DNA of 64,000 nucleotides, from assembly GCA_964016885.1 (NCBI GenBank), contig OZ024755.1, positions 13,702,001 through 13,766,000 on the forward strand, read 5' to 3'. Below are positions 1 to 18,649 of the stretch, piece by piece. The stretch's first letter is position 1. Each line of letters opens with the position of its first letter. The DNA comes from Eledone cirrhosa (lineage: Eukaryota). A program made the position numbers and the translations under genes. The notes under the pieces are model-generated. The model did no database searches and had not been told where the DNA came from. It was given only the letters and a program-made list of their open reading frames with translations.

Positions 1-401
1 ATACATAATATATATATATATACATATACATAATATATATATATATACATATACATAATATATATATATATACATATACATAATATATATATATATACAT
101 ATACATAATATATATATATATACATATACATACATATATATATATATACATATACATACATATATATATATATACATATACATACATATATATATATATA
201 CATATACATACATATATATATATATACATATACATACATATATATATATATACATATACATACATATATATATATATACATATACATACATATATATATA
301 TATACATATACATACATATATATATATATATACATATACATACATATATATATATATATACATATACATACATATATATATATATATATACATATACATA
401 C

Positions 402-475
<74 letters not shown>

Positions 476-487
476 ACATATACATAC

Positions 488-535
<48 letters not shown>

Positions 536-859
536 ATATATATACATATACATACATATATATATATACATATACATATATATATATATATACATATACA
601 TACATATATATATATATATACATATACATACATATATATATATATACATATACATACATATATATATATATATACATATACATACATATATACATATACA
701 TACATATATATATATATATATACATATACATACATATATACATATACATACATATATATATATATATACATATACATACATATATATATATATATACATA
801 TACATACATATATATATATATACATATACATACATATATATATATATACATATACATAC

Positions 860-891
<32 letters not shown>

Positions 892-1405
892 ATATATATA
901 CATATACATACATATATATATATACATATACATACATATATATATATATATACATATACATACATATATATATATATATACATATACATACAAATATATA
1001 TATACATACAAATATATATATATATACATATACATACAAATATATATATATATACATATACATACAAATATATATATATATACATATACATACATATATA
1101 TATATATATACATATACATACATATATATATATACATATACATACATATATATATATATATACATATACATACATATATATATATACATATACATACATA
1201 TATATATATATATACATATACATACATATATATATATACATATACATACATATATATATATATATACATATACATACATATATATACATATACATACATA
1301 TATATATATATATATACATATACATACATATATATATATATATATACATATACATACATATATATATATATACATATACATACATATATATATATATATA
1401 CATAC

Positions 1406-1436
<31 letters not shown>

Positions 1437-1523
1437 CATACATATATATATATATATACATATACATACATATATATATATATATACATATACATACATA
1501 TATATATATACATATACATACAT

Positions 1524-1557
<34 letters not shown>

Positions 1558-2379
1558 ATATATATACATATACATACATATATATATATATATATACATA
1601 CATATATATATATATATATACATATACATACATATATATATATATATATACATACATATATATATATATATATACATATACATAATATATATATATATAC
1701 ATATACATAATATATATATATATATACATATACATAATATATATATATATACATATACATAATATATATATATATACATATACATAATATATATATATAT
1801 ACATATACATACATATATATATATATACATATACATACATATATATATATATACATATACATACATATATATATATATACATATACATACATATATATAT
1901 ATATATACATATACATACATATATATACATATACATACATATATATATATATACATATACATACATATATATACATATACATACATATATATATATATAC
2001 ATATACATACATACATATACATACATATATATATATATACATATACATACATATATATATATATATACATATACATACATATATATATATATATACATAT
2101 ACATACATATATATATATATATACATATACATACATATATATATATATACATATACATACATATATATATATATATATATACATACATATATATATACAT
2201 ACATACATATATATATATACATACATACATATATATATACATACATATATATATATACATACATATATATATATACATACATATATATATATACATACAT
2301 ATATATATATACATACATATACATATATATATATATACATATATATATATAATATACATATATATATATATACATATAC

Positions 2380-2411
<32 letters not shown>

Positions 2412-2471
2412 ATATATACATATATATACATATATATATATATACATACATATATATATATATACATATAC

Positions 2472-2502
<31 letters not shown>

Positions 2503-2509
2503 CATATAC

Positions 2510-2540
<31 letters not shown>

Positions 2541-2541
2541 C

Positions 2542-2573
<32 letters not shown>

Positions 2574-2641
2574 ATACATATATATATATACATATACATA
2601 TATATATATATATATATACATACATATACATACATATACAT
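1..2641. repeat. Interrupted (TA)n microsatellite with TACA/TACATACA variants
   Basis: Directly visible; only A, T and C on the + strand. Confidence 0.98.
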
Positions 2642-2938
2642 ATAATATAAGATCAAAAGATGGTTAAAGGAGTTCCATATATTTTATTATGCGCATTTCA
2701 AAAACAAACATCATCAAGCAATAATATTTGTGTTTTCATCAGATAAAACAGGAGAACATGATATGAAGGCTAAAAAAAACACTTGTTGATAGTGCAGTTT
2801 TAAATCAACATATGAAAAGTGGTTTTAGATAACCATCTTTTGATCTTATATTATGCATACTCCAGTCCCACAAACTGTAGAGTGCTTCTTATCCGATATC
2901 TGCATTGCTTTATTGTACTACAATAAAACTCACCTCCT
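2642..2938. mobile_element. Penelope-like pLTR fold-back insert in (TA)n: long inverted arm, 25-bp sense arm, ~84-bp extension
   Basis: ATAATATAAGATCAAAAGATGGTTA (2642-2666) is the exact reverse complement of 2830-2854; hammerhead inside; extension 2855-2938 resembles the reverse complement of 26370-26456; TA arrays on both sides. Confidence 0.75.
2681..2749 (-). ncRNA. Minimal type I hammerhead ribozyme
   Basis: Minus strand: GTTTTAT-CTGATGA-stem II-GAAA-TGCGCA-TA-ATAAAAT; palindromic stem III ATGCGCAT; stem I GTTTTAT/ATAAAAT. Confidence 0.8.
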
Positions 2939-3345
2939 ACATATACATATATATATATATATACATACATATACATATATATATATACATACATATACAT
3001 ACATATATATATATATACATACATATATATATATACATACATATACATACATATATATATATACATACATATACATACATATATATATATACATACATAT
3101 ACATACATATATATATATACATACATATACATACATATATATATATACATACATATACATACATACATATATACATACATACATACATATACATATATAT
3201 ATATATATATCATACATATACATATATATATATACATACATATACATATATATATATATACATACATATACATATATATATATATACATACATATACATA
3301 TATATATATATATATACATACATATACATATATATATATATATAT

Positions 3346-3376
<31 letters not shown>

Positions 3377-3456
3377 CATACATATACATACATATATATA
3401 TATATACATACATATACATACATATATATATATATTTACATACATATATATATACA

Positions 3457-4066
3457 TGGTGGCTGCCAACTCGTTTTCGAGTACCGCCACTACTTTATAT
3501 CCATGTAGGAGAACTCCTACCAATGCGCCAAATGAGTGTGACTTTTTAGTCCAGCTAGCGACTTGAAAACTCTGGTACAACCACTAGACTTTTGACAATT
3601 ATTGACACATAGTGCTGGGCCCATGGTACCATGTGACGACAAGTGCAGAGAGATCTGCAGATATAAAGCAATGCCTGTGCCGTGAAGCTTTTATAGTGAG
3701 CAAAGGCACTGCACAAAGCCAGTCCCACTCTCTTAACCAAGATGATATTTACCAAAAAGCAATACAAGTCAACATCATTGGATACCATCAGGGTTGCAGG
3801 TGTTATATCAGAGTTTTCCTTCTCCTAGAATTCTGCCTTGACAAAGGCTAAGGGGTCATCTCTCCCGGTGATTTTGGATGGCAATTGACTCTTAAGAGCT
3901 CCTTTGCCCTTTGACAAGTTTTGTTTTTAGTCCTGCAGGATGTGCAAAGTCACCCTCCTCACCAAGAAACCTTGGTGGGGTTGCCAGTTTAGTCGCCAAC
4001 GACCCGACCATGGGACAGGTTGTACTGGGATACATGTTACCAGTAGCACCAGCTGATGACCTGACA
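3457..4066 (-). mobile_element. Non-autonomous bipartite RTE-derived element (5'UTR-like part plus ORF2 C-terminal zinc finger and 3'UTR), copy 1
   Basis: Closely similar to 14060-14669; minus strand has AGGCAGAATTCTAGGAGAAGGAAAACTCTGA (RTE 5'UTR-like motif, from memory) and encodes ..[22 protein letters not shown]; flanked by TA arrays. Confidence 0.7.
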
Positions 4067-4153
4067 TATATATACATACATAAATACACACACACATATA
4101 TATATACATACATACATACACACACACATATATATATACATACATACATATAA

Positions 4154-4201
<48 letters not shown>

Positions 4202-4462
4202 ATCTACAAACAACTGCATCAGAATCCCAAGTAATATATTCTACTTCATTACATTTCCTCGATGTCGTACCTAATATATTTTCTGTAATAAACACTGTAT
4301 TAGATATCAGAATGTGTAATGGAACATTGTATATTACATAAAACGTCGTGCATGTCATAATGTGTAGTATCTACATGTGCACAGAAATATATCAGAACGT
4401 GTAGAGAGTGCAATATGTTCAGACTCTGAAATTGTACTTCATATCATGTCATTGCATGTCGT

Positions 4463-5712
4463 ACTGTGCAGTATCTGCAACTGAACACAAATAGCGGAGA
4501 GAGCGCAAATATGTTCAGGCTGTCACACTGCACACCCTACCATGCTTCACTGCATGTCGGAATGTGCAGTATCTGCAAGTGAACAGAAATAATGGAGAGA
4601 GTGCAAATATGACCAGACTGTCACACTGCACACCCTACCATGCTTCACTGCATGTCGGAATGTGCAGTATCTGCAAGTGAACAGAAATAATGGAGAGAGT
4701 GCAAATATGACCAGACTGTCACACTGCACACCCTACCATGCTTCACTGCATGTCGGAATGTGCAGTATCTGCAACTGAACACAAATAGCGGAGAGAGCGC
4801 AAATATGTTCAGGCTGTCACACTGCACACCCTACCATGCTTCACTGCATGTCGGAATGTGCAGTATCTGCAAGTGAACAGAAATAGCGGAGAGAGCGCAA
4901 ATATGACCAGACTGTCACACTGCACACCCTACCATGCTTCACTGCATGTCGGAATGTGCAGTATCTGCAACTGAACACAAATAGCGGAGAGAGCGCAAAT
5001 ATGTTCAGGCTGTCACACTGCACACCCTACCATGCTTCACTGCATGTCGGAATGTGCAGTATCTGCAAGTGAACAGAAATAGCGGAGAGAGCGCAAATAT
5101 GACCAGACTGTCACACTGCACACCCTACCATGCTTCACTGCATGTCGGAATGTGCAGTATCTGCAACTGAACACAAATAGCGGAGAGAGCGCAAATATGT
5201 TCAGGCTGTCACACTGCACACCCTACCATGCTTCACTGCATGTCGGAATGTGCAGTATCTGCAAGTGAACAGAAATAGCGGAGAGAGCGCAAATATGACC
5301 AGACTGTCACACTGCACACCCTACCATGCTTCACTGCATGTCGGAAAGTGCTGTATCTGCAAGTGAACAGAAATAGCGGAGAGAATGCAAATATGACCAG
5401 ACTGTTACACTGCACACCCTACCATGCTTCACTGCATGTCGGAATGTGCAGTATCTGCAAGTGAACAGAAATAATGGAGAGAGTGCAAATATGACCAGAC
5501 TGTCACACTGCACACCCTACCATGCTTCACTGCATGTCGGAATGTGCAGTATCTGCAAGTGAACAGAAATAATGGAGAGAGTGCAAATATGACCAGACTG
5601 TTACACTGCACACCATACCTTTCTTCACTGCATGTGCAGTATCTGCAACTCTGCAATAATAGTGGACAAATTGCAAGTATCTCCAGACTGTCACACTGCA
5701 CACCTTACCGTC
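4463..5712. repeat. 98-bp tandem repeat (about 12.5 units, two variants A/B)
   Basis: GTGCAGTATCTGCAA recurs every 98 bp from 4466 to 5544; degenerate units at both edges. Confidence 0.97.
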
Positions 5713-5892
5713 AGTCACAGCATGTCGGAACCTGTATTGTGGTCCTTAGCTAGGAGTATACTTGCTGTAACTGGGAAGATGGGTCGTGGGAAGATGGGTA
5801 CACGTCGTCGTTCAACCGACTTCCTGTGTGCCATATGACTGCCTGATCAGGGTAGACTTAGGTTTACATACCAACAGCAACAATTATAATAA

Positions 5893-6067
5893 TTGTTTTT
5901 ATTTTTGGCTCAAGGCTAGTGCATTACTGGTACTTTATTTTATCTACGCCGTAAGGATGAAAGGCAAAGTTAACCTCGGTGGGATTTGAACTTAAACCGT
6001 AAAGTCGTGTAACTCTATGCTGCAAAGCATGGTATCTGACGTTCTACTGATACTGCCAATCCACCGC
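5893..6067 (-). mobile_element. tRNA-derived SINE, family A (internally deleted)
   Basis: Reverse complement matches 9337-9548 (B-box GTTCAAATCCC, TTTGCCTTTCATCC core). Confidence 0.8.
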
Positions 6068-6448
6068 AACAATTATAATAATTGTTTCTACTTTTTTTAT
6101 AATAATACGAGTAAAAAAAGTGTACCTCTACCTGCTCATTCAATCTGATAGAAACGATAGCCAAGTTATCATCAAATCAGGCAAGAGAAAGCTATAGATA
6201 ATGTAACTCTATCCTCCCATAAAAAGATGGGATGGTCACGACTAGACTGCCTTTCATCGTAGGTCTGATTATCAGGGTTGGCTTAGAACTAAATAACAAC
6301 AACGATAATTAAACGCAATATCATCCCAATCAAAGCAAATCATCTCAACCAACACCGATATAAACAACAACAACATTTTATCATCAAAGCTATAATGAAA
6401 TAATTTCTCAGTTTAATTATACGTTCAGTAATTACAGAATGTTGCAGT

Positions 6449-6579
<131 letters not shown>

Positions 6580-6765
6580 ATAATTCCAGCAGTGAACTTT
6601 CAGCTATGTTCGCTTATTTTCCTACTTCCATATCAAACACTCAGTTGACTAGATATCCAGTTATTTATTATTCTTTACACGTAAAATAGAAAATCGTTCG
6701 GCACGTACTTCCTTCAAAAAGAAGACTGACAATGGTTATTATTCACAGTAAAAATAGCTCGAGTA

Positions 6766-7075
6766 AAGACACGTGACTTAATGGTTAGATTGTTCGACTT
6801 AAGATCGTAAGGCAGTGCAATCAATTCCTAGTGGTACGTAGTATCCTTGAACAAGGTGCCTTATTTCGCCTTGATCCTGTCAACTCATCTGCCAAAAAAC
6901 GAGTTCTACTTGAAAATTCAAAGAGTCAGCTTTGTCAGACACTATCACTCTAAATATCCCTGAGACCCACGTTAAGGGTACGTGTCCGAGGAATGCTTGG
7001 CCACTTAATTTCAAGGGCAGGTTGTTTCGTTGATCAAACAATTGGAACAATCATCATCACAACAGGGTGTCAGCA
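6766..7075 (+). mobile_element. tRNA-derived SINE, family B (degenerate)
   Basis: Head GACACGTGACTTAATGGTTAG..TCAATTCC similar to 59127-59414; body similar to 35710-36120. Confidence 0.6.
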
Positions 7076-7477
7076 CAAACACTAATAGGCTGAATCGTTA
7101 AGCAGTTCTTTTTACAATCATTAGGCCCCAGAGTCGATCAGACTGCATGTCATCCTCCGGTGGATTCTGGGGTAGATATCTGTTGCTGCACAGAAATATA
7201 TTTGTGAATGAAAGTAGGTAGATGAATTGGCGTCCAGGGAAGTCTTGTACTCAAGTTACTTATCACTGATGGAACCAAATAAGCTCCAATCTGATGAGCC
7301 TTTTTTAAAACTTGTTTTTACAATTTTAATTCTTGAACTTAAAAAAGCACAATGTCAATAGTATGTATATATGGACTCGTAACTCCTGATGCAGTCTTAG
7401 GGGCGTATCTGGGTCATTTAAAACCAACTGGACTCCATTCCCCCCAAGTAGGAACACAGTCGATTACTATTGGTATA

Positions 7478-7590
7478 AGCGGCGAATTGGCAGGGTCGTT
7501 AAAACGTCGGATAGAATACTTTTGGAGTATTTATTCCGGTGCTCTGAGTTCAAATCCCGCTGAGGTAAACTTTGCCTTTTATCTCTTCTA
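7478..7590 (+). mobile_element. SINE family A, 5' part
   Basis: GCGGCGAATTGGCAG...GAGTTCAAATCCCGCTGAGGTAAACTTTGCCTTT. Confidence 0.7.
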
Positions 7591-7940
7591 TATAGTGTGT
7601 AAATGAAAATCTTAGTAATATTGTTCACGTTATGATGTGTCTGAGAGAGAGAGAGAGAGTGAGTGAGAGTGAGAGAGAGTGAGAGAACGCTTCAAGGGGA
7701 TTTCTGTTTGTAAGAAGAAAGATTGTACGAACTGTATGAATGTATGAATGACCGAAAGTAAATTGTTTATAAAGGTTGTTGATGTTTAACACCAGGTCAC
7801 CCTAGATTACGTAGATCTATGGTCTAAGGTTTTCAGTCATAATCATCCAATTACAAGTGCAATTTGAGAGAGATTTCACTGTTATTTCTAGTTGATCGAA
7901 TGACTGCATAGATTTCTTCGTTGATTTCAAATTAGTAGGT

Positions 7941-8081
7941 CAGTGATCCCAAACGGGGAGCACACGCCTCATAGGGAGAAAATTTTAATTTTACATTATA
8001 TCTTTTTAACACTAAAAATGTTTTTAAACGAGATGTGGTGGTGATGATGGGGGATGGAGTAACAAATGTTAAGAACCACTA
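7941..8081. mobile_element. Possible hAT-type MITE
   Basis: Ends CAGTGATCCCA ... AAGAACCACTA resemble degenerate Charlie-like TIRs. Confidence 0.35.
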
Positions 8082-9336
8082 GTTTATGTGTTGAAGATTT
8101 GTTCGGTAAATTAAGTGAAGGTAGCGGGAGAGAAAGATGATGTGGTGGCGGGATAGAAAGATGATGTGGTAGCGATGGAGCTAAATGTGTTTGACTATAT
8201 TATTAAAGCAAAGAAGAAAACAGACTAGCTGGATAAAAGCCAAATGTAACTTCAGTGTCGAAAACAGATTTATAAAGAAGATTCTTTTGTTCTTTTACTT
8301 GAAACATTGTAGTTATAGTTAGAAAGTACAAATGTGGACATAACTTGAACAAATAGTGAAGAAGCTCTCTTCACAATCACGAGGTTACGAGGTCGGCCCT
8401 ATAGAATAGCATTTTGGGGAATTGTCTTTTACCATAGCATCGGGTTGACTCAAGACACGTGAGTGAAATCGGGGAAACAACAACTGATTGGACACCTGTA
8501 ATTCAAAGGTTCAGTTTTGTCCCATTGTATCATACTGAATCTCCCGGAGAAATATGTCTAAGGTACACCTGTGTTTAGACTACATAACATCGCGTAAAGT
8601 AACGTGTAATGAATTAATTTAACGAGTAAGTTGACAAAATAACTGGAACACTTCGTTAAAACCGGCGGAGATTTATTTATTTTATCGATTACAATGTGAC
8701 TCTTGAATATATGTACGTATGTATGTATGGACCCATAACTCCCGAGGAAGTCGTAGGGACGTCATATTGACATATGGCGTTTCTAGGGCATTTTAAAACC
8801 TGGTGGAGCCGATTTCTTCTCCAGGACTGACTACAGCTGATTTCTTCCAGAAAAGCTAGAGAGTGAGAGAAAGGAAGTATGAAGAGGTATAGAGGAAGAA
8901 TCGACCCTAGTACTAGACTGGTACTTGCTTATCAACCTTAAATGTAAGAAAGGCAACTAGACAATCTCGCCACGTATAAATTAACGTGTAACGCATTCAT
9001 TTAACGAGTACTATGTTTCACTGACTGAATAACTGGAACACTCTTCGTCAAAACCGACGAAGGTTTATGTATTTTATCGTTTACAATGTGCAACATCGTG
9101 TTTTATAATGATATTGTTGTATTTTTTTACGAGACAATGTCAGTTTAAAATGTAAAAATATCTTCGCCAAGCATTAATCCTGTTTTCAAATATTAATCTC
9201 CGTATCATGACTTCTTGACGACAGAATTTTAATGATATTTTATTTTTATATTTCTGACATAATCAGTTTGCATTCAAATTTCTAAGATGTTGAGATAATT
9301 ACAGATACATTATTATTATTATTATTATTACTATAA

Positions 9337-9787
9337 GGTGGATTGGCAGTATCGGTAGAGGGTCGGACGCCATGCTTTGCAGCATAGAGTTACGGCCCTT
9401 TATGATCAGAATTCAAATCCCGCCGAGATTAACTTTGCCTTTCATCCTTACGGGGTCGATAAAATAAAGTATTAGTCACGCACTGGGTCGATTTAATCGA
9501 CTTTCCCCTCCCCCCAAATTGCTGGCCTTGTGCCTATATCAAAAACCATTATTATTATTACTATAAGGTGGTGGGTTGGCAATATCGGTAAAGTGTCGAA
9601 CAACATGCTTTTTGGCATAGAATTATGGTCCTTTACATTCTGAGTTCAAATCCCGCCCAGATTAGCTTTGCCTTTCATCCTTACGGAGTCGATAAAATAA
9701 AGTACCAGTAATGCGCTGGAGTCAATTTAATTGACTTTCCCTGCACCCCCTTCCAAATTGATGACCTTGTGCCTAAAGTAGAAACAA
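9337..9787 (+). mobile_element. Two tandem SINE family A copies (9337-9548, 9567-9787) in (TTA)n
   Basis: A-box TGGCAGTATCGG, B-box (GA)GTTCAAATCCC, shared body, (ATT)n tails. Confidence 0.88.
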
Positions 9788-12475
9788 TTATTGTTATTGT
9801 TTAGCTCCTTCCTAGCTATTCCAGTCTTCACCATTTTGTCAGTTTCAATATCAAAGTTTAAAGGCAGAGAAATGGAAAAGTTCATATAGCTTAGGACAGA
9901 AGACCTTGCAGTATTTGTTACCGTTCTTTGAGCCCCCATTTCAAATCCCTACCAATATTTACTTTCTCTTTCATATTTTCAAGGTCGATAAAGTAAAGAA
10001 CCACGCAATGACGGCGAATTGGCAGAATTGTTAAAGCGTCGGATGAGATACCTTGTGGTATTTGTTCTGTTTCTGTGTTCAAATTCTGTTGAGCATTACT
10101 TTTAATTCGTCACCCGTTTCAACATCTTCGCCTGGCGCCTGGGTGCATTTAGTAGAGTAACCTCTATTGCAAATATTCTGACCTGATCTCTGGTTTCAGG
10201 ATGACTTCTTCTCCCACCAGTCTAAAAATCCTTGAAAAGCGTCATGGGATACATACTTCCCTTACGAAACACAGTCAGCCAAACCAACTGAAATTACACT
10301 CCTAATGAGTGTAATATCAGTTGATTTTTTTGTGAGAGTGTTTATAATAATTCCTGTAAAAGAAACCAAGGCAGATAATTCCGAAAATTAGATTTTTGTG
10401 GTTACATGCAATGAAAAGTGAAACAGATCCTTGGTAAGTACAGTAACAACTCCGGAAATGTTTCTACCTCGGCGAAGTATAGTCTAATGTGTACTTACCA
10501 GACAGTAGAATGAATTCAAAGGAATGCAGTTTCAAAAGATGATATCGGAAAGGTTCCCAGGGGTGCCTTGTGCATAAAGAACATATAGTTAACTATGGAT
10601 GAATATCAGAGTTTGTTGCAGAGATAACTTAAATTTCCTTGGATACTTGGTTAGTTTGTGTTTATCAAAGCAAATATCTCAAAGCAATTTTACCAGGCGT
10701 TCACATACAAGGACTTTATGTATGCAACAGTGTTAGCCATTTACAAAACACCAATAAGTATAACTCTAGATATATTGTATACGAAGGACTTTGTTAACAA
10801 TCTAACATAATCATGTACGATATCTACACAGTTATGAATGACGTTTACGCTATTATTTGTGACATTGAAATAATTTCTGCTGACGTTTCCACAATAATAA
10901 ATTACGTATAATGAGACATTCTTTGTCGTCGAATCAATTGATTCTGACGTCAATGCATTTATTTTTCCATTGGTGCTTCGTTGCTAAATATCTAATTATT
11001 ATTCATGTGTCTTTGATGATAATACAGATGATGGTATATATGTTGACATTATTGAGTTATGTGCAAAATTCCCTCACATGATGGTACAGACCTCTCGGCC
11101 TAGACAAATCTAGTTTTGCATTTCTCATCACATCAGCATTGTTATATACATTTTTCTTTAATAAGCACACTATTGACAAGACAATGTTCATCATTATATT
11201 TAACATTTTTTAAAATATTCTTTTCCTACATTTTTACTCAATTACTATGTCTAGTCTTCATATTTTTGACAGTCAGAAAACATCACCAAGTTGAATAATA
11301 CCATGAGCAAAATTGTATCTGCAACAATAAAAAAAGAAAGAAATATTATTGCTGTTAATCCTTTACTACTACAATATCATAGTTCTATACATCATCATAC
11401 AAACTACCACTTCTGTTTAATGAAAATACATTATGTATTTCTGCAAAATTTCCGATAAAAAATCTACTTGTCAATATGCGTGTACATGCGAGTAAATAGC
11501 TAATGATAGGCCCAATTGCTTTAGCTGCTGGAGAAGCATTTAACAATATGCTAGAGTATATTGCATTTGTGACGGCGAAAAGAGTGCAACAACGTAATTT
11601 TTTTTTTTATGGTACGAATGCAGTAAAATGGTGCAGGTTAAATAGGCATATAGCGGAGATCTAGATAACTTCGCTTATATTTTCTTTAGTTACACAAAAG
11701 AAGAAAGAAACCAGAGCTGAGAACAAGATTACAGTCTTGCTACACGTCTTTCTTATAACAGAACTTGTCAAAAGGATATTCACTAACCTTGAATATCTCA
11801 TTTGTATTCCACAATGGAAAATAACTAGAGCGTCTCAAATTTGAATATCTCCTTAGTATTTCACTATGGAAAATAACTAGAGCATTACAAATTACGAACA
11901 AGTTACTTAAACCTACTAATATTGGAATTTATTAATTTACCTAATTGCGAATCTTGCAAGAATACGTTGCTTCAAACGATAAATTCAAATGCAAGATTTA
12001 ATGTAATTAAAATATATTGATGAGTAAATACACCATGGTAATTTTATTCTGAACACAAACATGGCTCAGTGGTTAAGAAGTTCGCTTGGCAATCATAAGG
12101 ACCCGGGTTCGATCCTATTGCATGACATCTTAGACAAATATATCTGTTTTTAATATAAACCCAGGTAGGTGTTTCAGAGCTTTGTCACTGACAAAGTTCT
12201 GGTTTGACAGAATCTGCGTCGAAACCCGTTGGATGGATTGTATCAATAATCTAAAGGATCCTTCAGCCGTCTTACATTGTGTCGGGCCTAAAACTAGGTG
12301 AAAGGTATTCACATACATGTAAATACAAGCAAATATTCATCTATGTATATATGAACAATGCAAACAAAATTATAAACCCACACGAATATATATATATATA
12401 TATCACCTTGACCGACAAGTCTGTCGGGCATCCAATCGGCGCCGCTGGTCACAACACGTCGTGGTGTTTTAGCCA

Positions 12476-12524
<49 letters not shown>

Positions 12525-12652
12525 TAATTCCAAATGCGACGCCAAGGGATTTCAGCAAAATTTTACAAGTGTGTACTGCATCTCCCCATTCATTGAATGC
12601 TCTCATAACATGTGATCAGCTCGTTTTCATCACCGCAGACTCTCTCTCTCTC

Positions 12653-12707
12653 ATATATATATATATAAGTGTATATATATATATATATATGTGTATATAT
12701 ATATATA

Positions 12708-12756
<49 letters not shown>

Positions 12757-12769
12757 ATATATATATATG

Positions 12770-12822
<53 letters not shown>

Positions 12823-12835
12823 ATATATATATATG

Positions 12836-12867
<32 letters not shown>

Positions 12868-13218
12868 TACTATGTCATGTCACCAGTTGGTGCTACATAT
12901 ATATATATATACATATATATATACATATATATATACATATATATATACATACATATATATATACATATATATATACATATACATATATATACATACATAT
13001 ATATATACATATACATATATATATACATATATATATACATATACATATATATATACATATATATATACATATACATATATATATACATATATATATACAT
13101 ATATATATACATATATATATACATATATATATATATACATATATATATACATATATATATACATATATATATATATACATATATATATACATATATATAT
13201 ATATACATATATATATAC

Positions 13219-13265
<47 letters not shown>

Positions 13266-13278
13266 CATATATATATAC

Positions 13279-13309
<31 letters not shown>

Positions 13310-13380
13310 CATATATATATACATATATATATACATATATATATACATATACATATATATATATATACATATATATATAC

Positions 13381-13411
<31 letters not shown>

Positions 13412-13436
13412 CATATATATATACATATATATATAC

Positions 13437-13483
<47 letters not shown>

Positions 13484-13490
13484 CATATAC

Positions 13491-13553
<63 letters not shown>

Positions 13554-13626
13554 CATATATATATACATATATATATACATATATATATATATATACATAT
13601 ATATATACATATACATATATATATAC

Positions 13627-13661
<35 letters not shown>

Positions 13662-13674
13662 CATATATATATAC

Positions 13675-13721
<47 letters not shown>

Positions 13722-14059
13722 CATATATATATACATATATATATATACATATATATATACATATATATATATATACATATATATATACATATATATATAC
13801 ATATATATATATATACATATATATATACATATATATATACATATATATATACATATATATATATATACATATATATATACATATATATATATATACATAT
13901 ATATATATACATATATACATATATATATATATACATATATATATATACATATATATATATATACATATATATATACATATATATATACATATACATATAT
14001 ATATATAAATACATATATATACATATATATATATACATATACATATATATATATATACA
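12653..14059. repeat. (TA)n array; TATG variant up to ~12870, TACA variant after 12896
   Basis: Directly visible; interrupted by a 24-bp unique fragment at 12873-12896. Confidence 0.97.
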
Positions 14060-14669
14060 TGGTGGCTGCCAACTCGTTTTCGAGTACGGCCACTACTTTA
14101 TATCCATATAGGAGAACCCCTACCGATGCGCTGAACGAGTGTGACTTTTTAGTCCAGCCAGCGACTTGAAAACTCTCGTACAAACACTACACTTGTGACA
14201 AATATTGACACATAGTGCTGGGCCCATGGTACCCTGTGACGACAAGTGCAGAGAGATCTCCAGATATAAAGCAATGCCTGTGCCGTGAAGCTTTTATAGT
14301 GAGCAAAGGCACTGCACAAAGCCAGTCCCACTCTCTTAACCAAGATGATATTTACCAAAAAGAAGAACAAGTCAACATCATTGGATACCATCAGAGTTGC
14401 AGGTGTTATATCAGAGTTTTCCTTCTCCTAGAATTCTGCCTTGACAAAGGCTAAAGGGTCATCTCTCCCGGTGATTTTGGATGGCCATTGACTCTTAAGA
14501 GCTCCTTTTCCCTTTGACAGGTCTTGTTTTTAGTCCTGCAGGATGTCCAAAGTCACCCTCCTCACCAAGAAACCTTGTTGGGGTTGCCAGTTTAGTCGCC
14601 AACGACCCGACCATGGGTCAGGTTGTACTGGGATACATGTTACCAGTAGCACCAACTGGTGACCTGACA
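14060..14669 (-). mobile_element. Non-autonomous bipartite RTE-derived element, copy 2
   Basis: Minus strand encodes C2H2 finger [25 protein letters not shown], then 3' hairpin GGTGGC..GCCACC-like and ATG(TA)n tail. Confidence 0.72.
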
Positions 14670-16135
<1,466 letters not shown>

Positions 16136-16383
16136 TTTAGCTCTAGTTTTTGCTTTGGACTATATTTGTAATATGGTTCTTAATGTTATATACATCCTTA
16201 GTAATTATTATCATATATTTTTATTATATATTTTTGTAATACTTCAGTGTATGTACACTCCATATTCTTCGGAGCTTCCGGCTTGTATCTGCCGATATAA
16301 CTTCTTGTTGTTTTAATTGCCCTGATGAGTCCTTAATAGGACGAAACATTGTCGGCTAATGAAGACTTCTTTGTTTTACTCTC

Positions 16384-16386
<3 letters not shown>
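16136..16386 (+). mobile_element. Solo Penelope-like pLTR fragment in (TA)n
   Basis: Unique 250-bp island between TA arrays carrying a canonical hammerhead core. Confidence 0.65.
16316..16360 (+). ncRNA. Minimal type I hammerhead ribozyme
   Basis: GCC-CTGATGA-GTCC ttaata GGAC-GAAA-CATTG-TC-GGC; all core nucleotides present, GUC cleavage triplet. Confidence 0.88.
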
Positions 16387-16426
<40 letters not shown>

Positions 16427-16427
16427 G

Positions 16428-18649
<2,222 letters not shown>

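Noticed and set aside
4463-5712. CRISPR array or repeated 60-aa peptide genes
   Set aside because: Head-to-tail units with no unique spacers, 98 bp is not a multiple of 3, eukaryotic context, no cas genes.
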